Under the pieces are notes generated by a model. That model saw only the letters and a program-made list of their open reading frames with translations. It did no database searches and was not told where the DNA came from. From NCBI GenBank assembly GCA_011523505.1, contig WTGP01000053.1, positions 581-64,580 on the forward strand: a DNA stretch of 64,000 nt. The letters are read 5' to 3'. The position numbers and the translations under genes are program-made. This DNA is from Gammaproteobacteria bacterium (GTDB lineage: Bacteria; Pseudomonadota; Gammaproteobacteria; Steroidobacterales; Foliamicaceae). This document shows positions 58,880-64,000 of the stretch, piece by piece. Positions within the stretch are counted from its first letter, which is position 1. Each line of letters begins with the position of its first letter.

Positions 58880-60448
58880 ATGCCCGCCTTTCGAAACGCA
58901 CTGCTCGCATCGGCGTCGCTGCTGCTTGTCAGCGCAGGTGCAGCCGACACGCTGCGGCGCGGCGCCGTGGCGGAACCGAACAGTCTCGATCCGCAGGTGG
59001 TGTCCGGCGCCTCTTCGACGATCATGCGCGATCTCTTCACCGGGCTGACCTCGTACGATTCGGCCGGACGGCTGATCCCCGGCGCAGCGGAATCCTGGGA
59101 GATCAGCGAGGACGGCCTGACCTACCGTTTTCGTCTGCGCGAGAACCTCAAGTGGTCCGACGGCTCGCCGATCGCCGCAAAGGACTTCGTCTATACGCTG
59201 CGCCGGCTCCTGACGCCCGGGAACCGCACGCGCTTCGGGTCCTTCTTCTATTCGATCCGGAACGGCAGACGCATCATGAGCGGCGAACTCGATCCGACCG
59301 AACTCGGCGTGCACGCCGAGGACGAGCGGACGTTCGTCATCGAGCTGCAGCGACCCGACCCGACCCTGCTGGAGAAGCTCAGCAACTATGCCGCTGCGGC
59401 GATGCCGCAGGCCGTCATCGAAGAGCACGGCCGCCGCTGGTCGCGCCCCGGCCGGGTGGTCACCACCGGCCCGTACCGCCTGGCCGAATGGGTGCCGCAG
59501 TCGTACCTGAAGCTGGAGAAGAACCCGCACTTCTATGGCGCCGACGACATCGAGATCGAGACCGTGCAGTACTTCCCGACCACCAACGCGGAGACGGCCA
59601 TGCGCCGGTTCCTGGCGGGCGATCTCGAGTTTCTGCTCACGTTTCCGTCCGACCGGATGGAATGGATCGAGGAGAACCTGCCCGGCCAGCTCAAGATCTG
59701 GCCCGCGCTTGGCATCAGCTACATCACCTTCAACAACCGCAAGCCGCCGTTCGACGACGTGCGGGTGCGCCGGGCGCTGACGATCAGCGTAGACCGGGAG
59801 CAGATCGCCGACCGGATCATGGTGGTCGGCGTTCCGCCCGCCTACACGATGACACCTACCGTGGTCAGCCATTACGACCACCCGGTGCCGGAATACGCCC
59901 ATCGGCCGATGCCCGACCGGCTGGCCGAAGCGCGTTCCCTGCTCGAGGCCGCGGGCTATGGGCCGGACCGGCCGCTGACGTTCGAACTGCGTTACGAACC
60001 GCCGGAGGAAAACCGCCGCCTTGCGATCGCGCTGCAGGCGATCTGGCGTGAAATCGGCGTCAATACGGAACTGTTGTTCACCGACTTCGGCACCCTCTAC
60101 CGCTCGGTGGGAACGGGCGACTACACCGCCGCGCGGTTCACCTGGTTCTCCCCCACCGATAGTCCCGAAACGTTTCTTTTCATTCTCGAGTCCGGCGCCA
60201 CGACCAATTACTCCGGTTATTCGAATCCCGAGTACGACCGGCTGATCGCCGTGGCGGAGGCGCAGCTTGACCCGGACGCCCGCCTGGCGGCGTATAGCGA
60301 GGCCGAAGCGACCGCGCTGGCGGATTTTCCCGTGATGCCGCTGTACTTCATGGTGCACCGTAACCTGGTGGCGCCCGACATCCGCGGCTACACGCCCAAC
60401 TCGCGCGGCATGACCGCCACCCGCTACCTCTATCGCGTAAAACAGTAA
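58880..60448 (+). CDS. ABC transporter substrate-binding protein, family 5 (OppA/DppA-like)
   Basis: Signal MPAFRNALLASASLLLVSAGAA. Family-5 blocks AESWEISEDGLTYRFRLRENLKWSDGSPIAAKDFVYT and YRLAEWVPQSYLKLEKNPHFYG. The alternative TTG start at 58868 overlaps the upstream stop. Confidence 0.85.
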   Translation: MPAFRNALLASASLLLVSAGAADTLRRGAVAEPNSLDPQVVSGASSTIMRDLFTGLTSYDSAGRLIPGAAESWEISEDGLTYRFRLRENLKWSDGSPIAAKDFVYTLRRLLTPGNRTRFGSFFYSIRNGRRIMSGELDPTELGVHAEDERTFVIELQRPDPTLLEKLSNYAAAAMPQAVIEEHGRRWSRPGRVVTTGPYRLAEWVPQSYLKLEKNPHFYGADDIEIETVQYFPTTNAETAMRRFLAGDLEFLLTFPSDRMEWIEENLPGQLKIWPALGISYITFNNRKPPFDDVRVRRALTISVDREQIADRIMVVGVPPAYTMTPTVVSHYDHPVPEYAHRPMPDRLAEARSLLEAAGYGPDRPLTFELRYEPPEENRRLAIALQAIWREIGVNTELLFTDFGTLYRSVGTGDYTAARFTWFSPTDSPETFLFILESGATTNYSGYSNPEYDRLIAVAEAQLDPDARLAAYSEAEATALADFPVMPLYFMVHRNLVAPDIRGYTPNSRGMTATRYLYRVKQ

Positions 60449-60480
60449 CGAAGAACGGCGAGTTCGCGGGGCGGGCTGAT

Positions 60481-61422
60481 ATGCTCCGGCGGATGCTCGC
60501 ATTCACGCTGAGGCGGTTCGCCGTCGCAATCCCGACACTCCTCGCGATCGCGACCGCGTCGTTCTTCCTGATGCGCGCGGCGCCCGGAGGACCCTTCGAC
60601 ACGGAAGCGGACCTCGATCCCGTAGTGCTCGAAAACCTCTATCGCGCCTACGGGCTCGACCAGCCGCTGCTGGAGCAATACTGGATCTACCTCGCCAACG
60701 TGCTGCAGGGCGATTTCGGGCCCTCGCTGGTCTACGAGGACTTCAACGTGACCGAGCTCATCGCGATCGGGCTGCCGGTCAGCGCCAGGCTCGGCTTCAC
60801 CGCAATGCTCGTCGCGCTGCTGCTCGGCGCAACCTGCGGGATCGTCGCCGCGCTGCGCCACAACCGGCTTTTCGATCACGCCACGATGACGATGGCGATG
60901 ACCGGCATTGCCATCCCCTCTTTCGTCACCGCGCCGATCCTCGCGCTGTTCTTCGGTCTCTACCTGAAACTATTGCCCGTGGCCGGCTGGAACGGCGGCG
61001 CGGCCGCCAACATGGTGCTGCCGGTCATCGCGCTGGCGCTTCCGCAGCTCGCGATCATCGCCCGGCTGATGCGCGGCGGAATGCTCGAGGTCCTGCGGGC
61101 GAACTTCGTGCGCACGGCCCGCGCCAAGGGACTGCCGGAACGCCAGGTGGTGATCAACCACGTGCTGCAGTCGGCCGCGGTCCCGCTGGTCGGCTACCTG
61201 GGCCCGGCGCTGGCCGGCATCATGACCGGATCGCTGGTCATCGAGCTGATCTTCGACCTGCCGGGCGTCGGGCGTTACTTCATCCAGGGCGCGCTGAATC
61301 GCGACTACCCGCTGGTCATGGGGATCGTCATCGTCTACGGCACGCTGATCATCCTGCTGAACCTGCTTTCGGACCTCGCCTACGCGGCGCTGGATCCGCG
61401 GGTGCGGAGGACCTACCGGTGA
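60481..61422 (+). CDS. ABC transporter permease (OppB/DppB-like)
   Basis: MLRRMLAFTLRRFAVAIPTLLAIATASFFLMRAAPGGPF is the typical N-terminus. EAA-loop region FVRTARAKGLPERQVVINHVL. Confidence 0.88.
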   Translation: MLRRMLAFTLRRFAVAIPTLLAIATASFFLMRAAPGGPFDTEADLDPVVLENLYRAYGLDQPLLEQYWIYLANVLQGDFGPSLVYEDFNVTELIAIGLPVSARLGFTAMLVALLLGATCGIVAALRHNRLFDHATMTMAMTGIAIPSFVTAPILALFFGLYLKLLPVAGWNGGAAANMVLPVIALALPQLAIIARLMRGGMLEVLRANFVRTARAKGLPERQVVINHVLQSAAVPLVGYLGPALAGIMTGSLVIELIFDLPGVGRYFIQGALNRDYPLVMGIVIVYGTLIILLNLLSDLAYAALDPRVRRTYR

Positions 61423-62324
61423 GCGCCGGCGGATTGTTGCGGTCGCCGGCCCTGCGCCGGGCGGCGGGCGGCGAGCTGTCCGGCTCGCTCTGGCGCCAGG
61501 CCGGGCGGCGTTTCCGGCGCAACCGCGCCGCGATGATCAGCATCGGCGTGCTGCTGGTCATCGCGCTCACATCGGTCCTGGTGCCGGCATTCTGGCCGCA
61601 CGCGGTCGAGGACGCGTCCTGGGAGAACATCCTGCTGCCGCCGAGTTTCGAGAACTGGCACTGGTTCGGCACCGACGCCAACGGCCGCGACCAGTTCGTG
61701 CGGGTGTTCTACGGCGGGCGCATTTCGCTCACGATCGGCCTGATGACGACGCTGGTCGCGCTGGGCATCGGGGTCGGCTACGGCGCCGTCGCCGGGTTCA
61801 CGGGCGGGCGCACCGACGGGTTCATGATGCGCTTCGTCGACATCCTGTATTCGCTGCCGCTGTTGTTCTTCATCATCATCCTGGTGACCGTGTTCGGGCG
61901 CAACATCTTCCTGATATTCGTCGCCATCGGCGCGGTCGAGTGGCTGACGCTCTCGCGCATCGTGCGCGGCCAGACATTGAGCGTAAAGGCCAAGGAGTAC
62001 GTCGAATCGGCCGTCGCGATCGGGCTGTCGAAACCGGCGATCCTGCGCCGCTACATCATTCCGAACGTGGTCGGGCCCGTCGTCGTTTACGTGACGCTGC
62101 TGATTCCCACCAACATCCTGATCGAGAGCTACCTGAGCTTCATCGGGCTGGGCGTGCAGGAGCCGCTCACGAGCTGGGGCCTGCTGATCTCGCAGGCGGT
62201 AGGCCAGCTCGACACGGCCCCCTGGCTGATCCTGTTTCCGGCGACGTTTCTGGCCATCACGATGTTCTGCTTCAACTTCATCGGCGACGGGCTGCGCGAC
62301 GCCCTCGACCCCTCCCACCGCTAA
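61419..62324 (+). CDS. ABC transporter permease (OppC/DppC-like)
   Basis: HWFGTDANGRDQFVRVFYGGRISL and EYVESAVAIGLSKPAILRRYIIPNV. 4-nt overlap with the preceding permease gene. Confidence 0.88.
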   Translation: MSAGGLLRSPALRRAAGGELSGSLWRQAGRRFRRNRAAMISIGVLLVIALTSVLVPAFWPHAVEDASWENILLPPSFENWHWFGTDANGRDQFVRVFYGGRISLTIGLMTTLVALGIGVGYGAVAGFTGGRTDGFMMRFVDILYSLPLLFFIIILVTVFGRNIFLIFVAIGAVEWLTLSRIVRGQTLSVKAKEYVESAVAIGLSKPAILRRYIIPNVVGPVVVYVTLLIPTNILIESYLSFIGLGVQEPLTSWGLLISQAVGQLDTAPWLILFPATFLAITMFCFNFIGDGLRDALDPSHR

Positions 62325-62333
62325 CGGCCGGGA

Positions 62334-63295
<962 letters not shown>

Positions 63296-63299
<4 letters not shown>

Positions 63300-64000
63300 C
63301 CGCACCGCTGCTCAGCGTCCGGTCGCTTTGCGTGGACTACGAGCAACGCCGCGCCGGCGTGTTCGGTTCGAGAGCCAGCACGCTACGAGCGGTCCATGAC
63401 ATCAGCTTCGAGCTTTCCGAAGGCGAAACGCTGGGAATCGTGGGCGAGACGGGCTGCGGCAAGACTTCGCTCGGCAAGGCGATCCTGCAACTGGTTTCTC
63501 CGTCGGCGGGACGGGTCCTCTGGCGAGGCGTGGACCTGGCGCGTGCCGACGCGAAGATACTGACGAAACTGCGCAGCGAACTGCAGATCGTGTTTCAGGA
63601 CCCGCTGTCCGCCCTGAACCCGCGCATGCCGGTCGGCGAGATCGTCGCCGAGCCGCTGCGCGTGCATGCGGCGGACATGTCCGCGCGGGACCGCCGGGCT
63701 GCGGTTGCGGACATGTTCGAACGGGTCGGCCTGCGGCCCGAAATGACCAGCCGCTATCCCAACGAGTTCAGCTCCGGCCAATGCCAGCGCATCAGCATCG
63801 CGCGCGCCATGGTCACGGGGCCGAAGCTGCTGGTGTGCGACGAACCCGTCAGCGCACTCGACGTGTCGATACAGGCGCAGATCTGCAACCTGCTCCGCCG
63901 GCTCCAGCGCGAGACCGGCATCGCGATCCTGTTCATCAGCCACGACCTGTCGGTGCTGCGCTACATGTCGCACCGCGTGATGGTGCTTTATCTCGGCCGG
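63296..64000 (+). CDS. ABC transporter ATP-binding protein (OppF/DppF-like), 3' end beyond the window
   Basis: Not in the ORF track because it has no stop in the window. Hand translation from GTG 63296 (GTGA overlap) gives VTAPLLSVRSLCVDY...GETGCGKTSLGKA...FSSGQCQRISIARA...LLVCDEPVSALD...FISHDLSVLRYMSHRVMVLYLGR. Confidence 0.88.

Noticed and set aside
57435-58910. 491-aa minus-strand ORF, with 54273..55016, 23302..24948, 28638..30029, 61413..62318 and 62343..63305
   Set aside because: These are codon-aligned antisense shadows of well-supported genes (amidohydrolase paralogs, amidohydrolase_1, dctM, ABC permease and ATPase). They have Arg/His/Gly-rich composition and no motifs.

Overview
High-GC proteobacterial chromosome segment; the tmRNA tag ANDDNYALAA is of the gamma/beta-proteobacterial type. 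Layout: (i) 1-20.9 kb holds two tandem minus-strand giant repeat-protein genes. One is partial (more than 6.4 kb visible, runs off the left edge). The other is complete (14.2-14.4 kb) and ends in a type Va autotransporter barrel. (ii) 21.9-35.8 kb holds 13 co-directional minus-strand genes: OM beta-barrel, 2 SDRs, 2 alpha/beta hydrolases, TRAP DctPQM, a TonB-dependent receptor, a Cys-type sulfatase, an amidohydrolase, MarR and a formylglycine-generating enzyme. (iii) hicBA abuts the 3' end of ssrA (tmRNA). (iv) A housekeeping block follows: CDF exporter, MscS-family channel, ASCH, Tat-signal C-N hydrolase, prc, DUF1249, MAPEG, orn, rsgA, recR, dnaX. (v) A vapBC-type TA pair. (vi) Two paralogous amidohydrolase-2 genes (about 81% aa identity) flank an AT-richer 3-gene insert, and the second heads an Opp/Dpp-like ABC operon that runs off the right edge. 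Most notable finding: a perfect (GGCAC)x10 pentanucleotide microsatellite sits between a TGGTATAAT extended -10 box and the first usable start codon of the giant autotransporter, a candidate phase-variation switch. That autotransporter's passenger is built from beta-sandwich/Calx-beta modules rather than a beta-helix. No CRISPR arrays, rRNA, tRNA or transposases were recognised. Many long ORFs in the supplied track are antisense or off-frame shadows typical of GC-rich DNA and were rejected.
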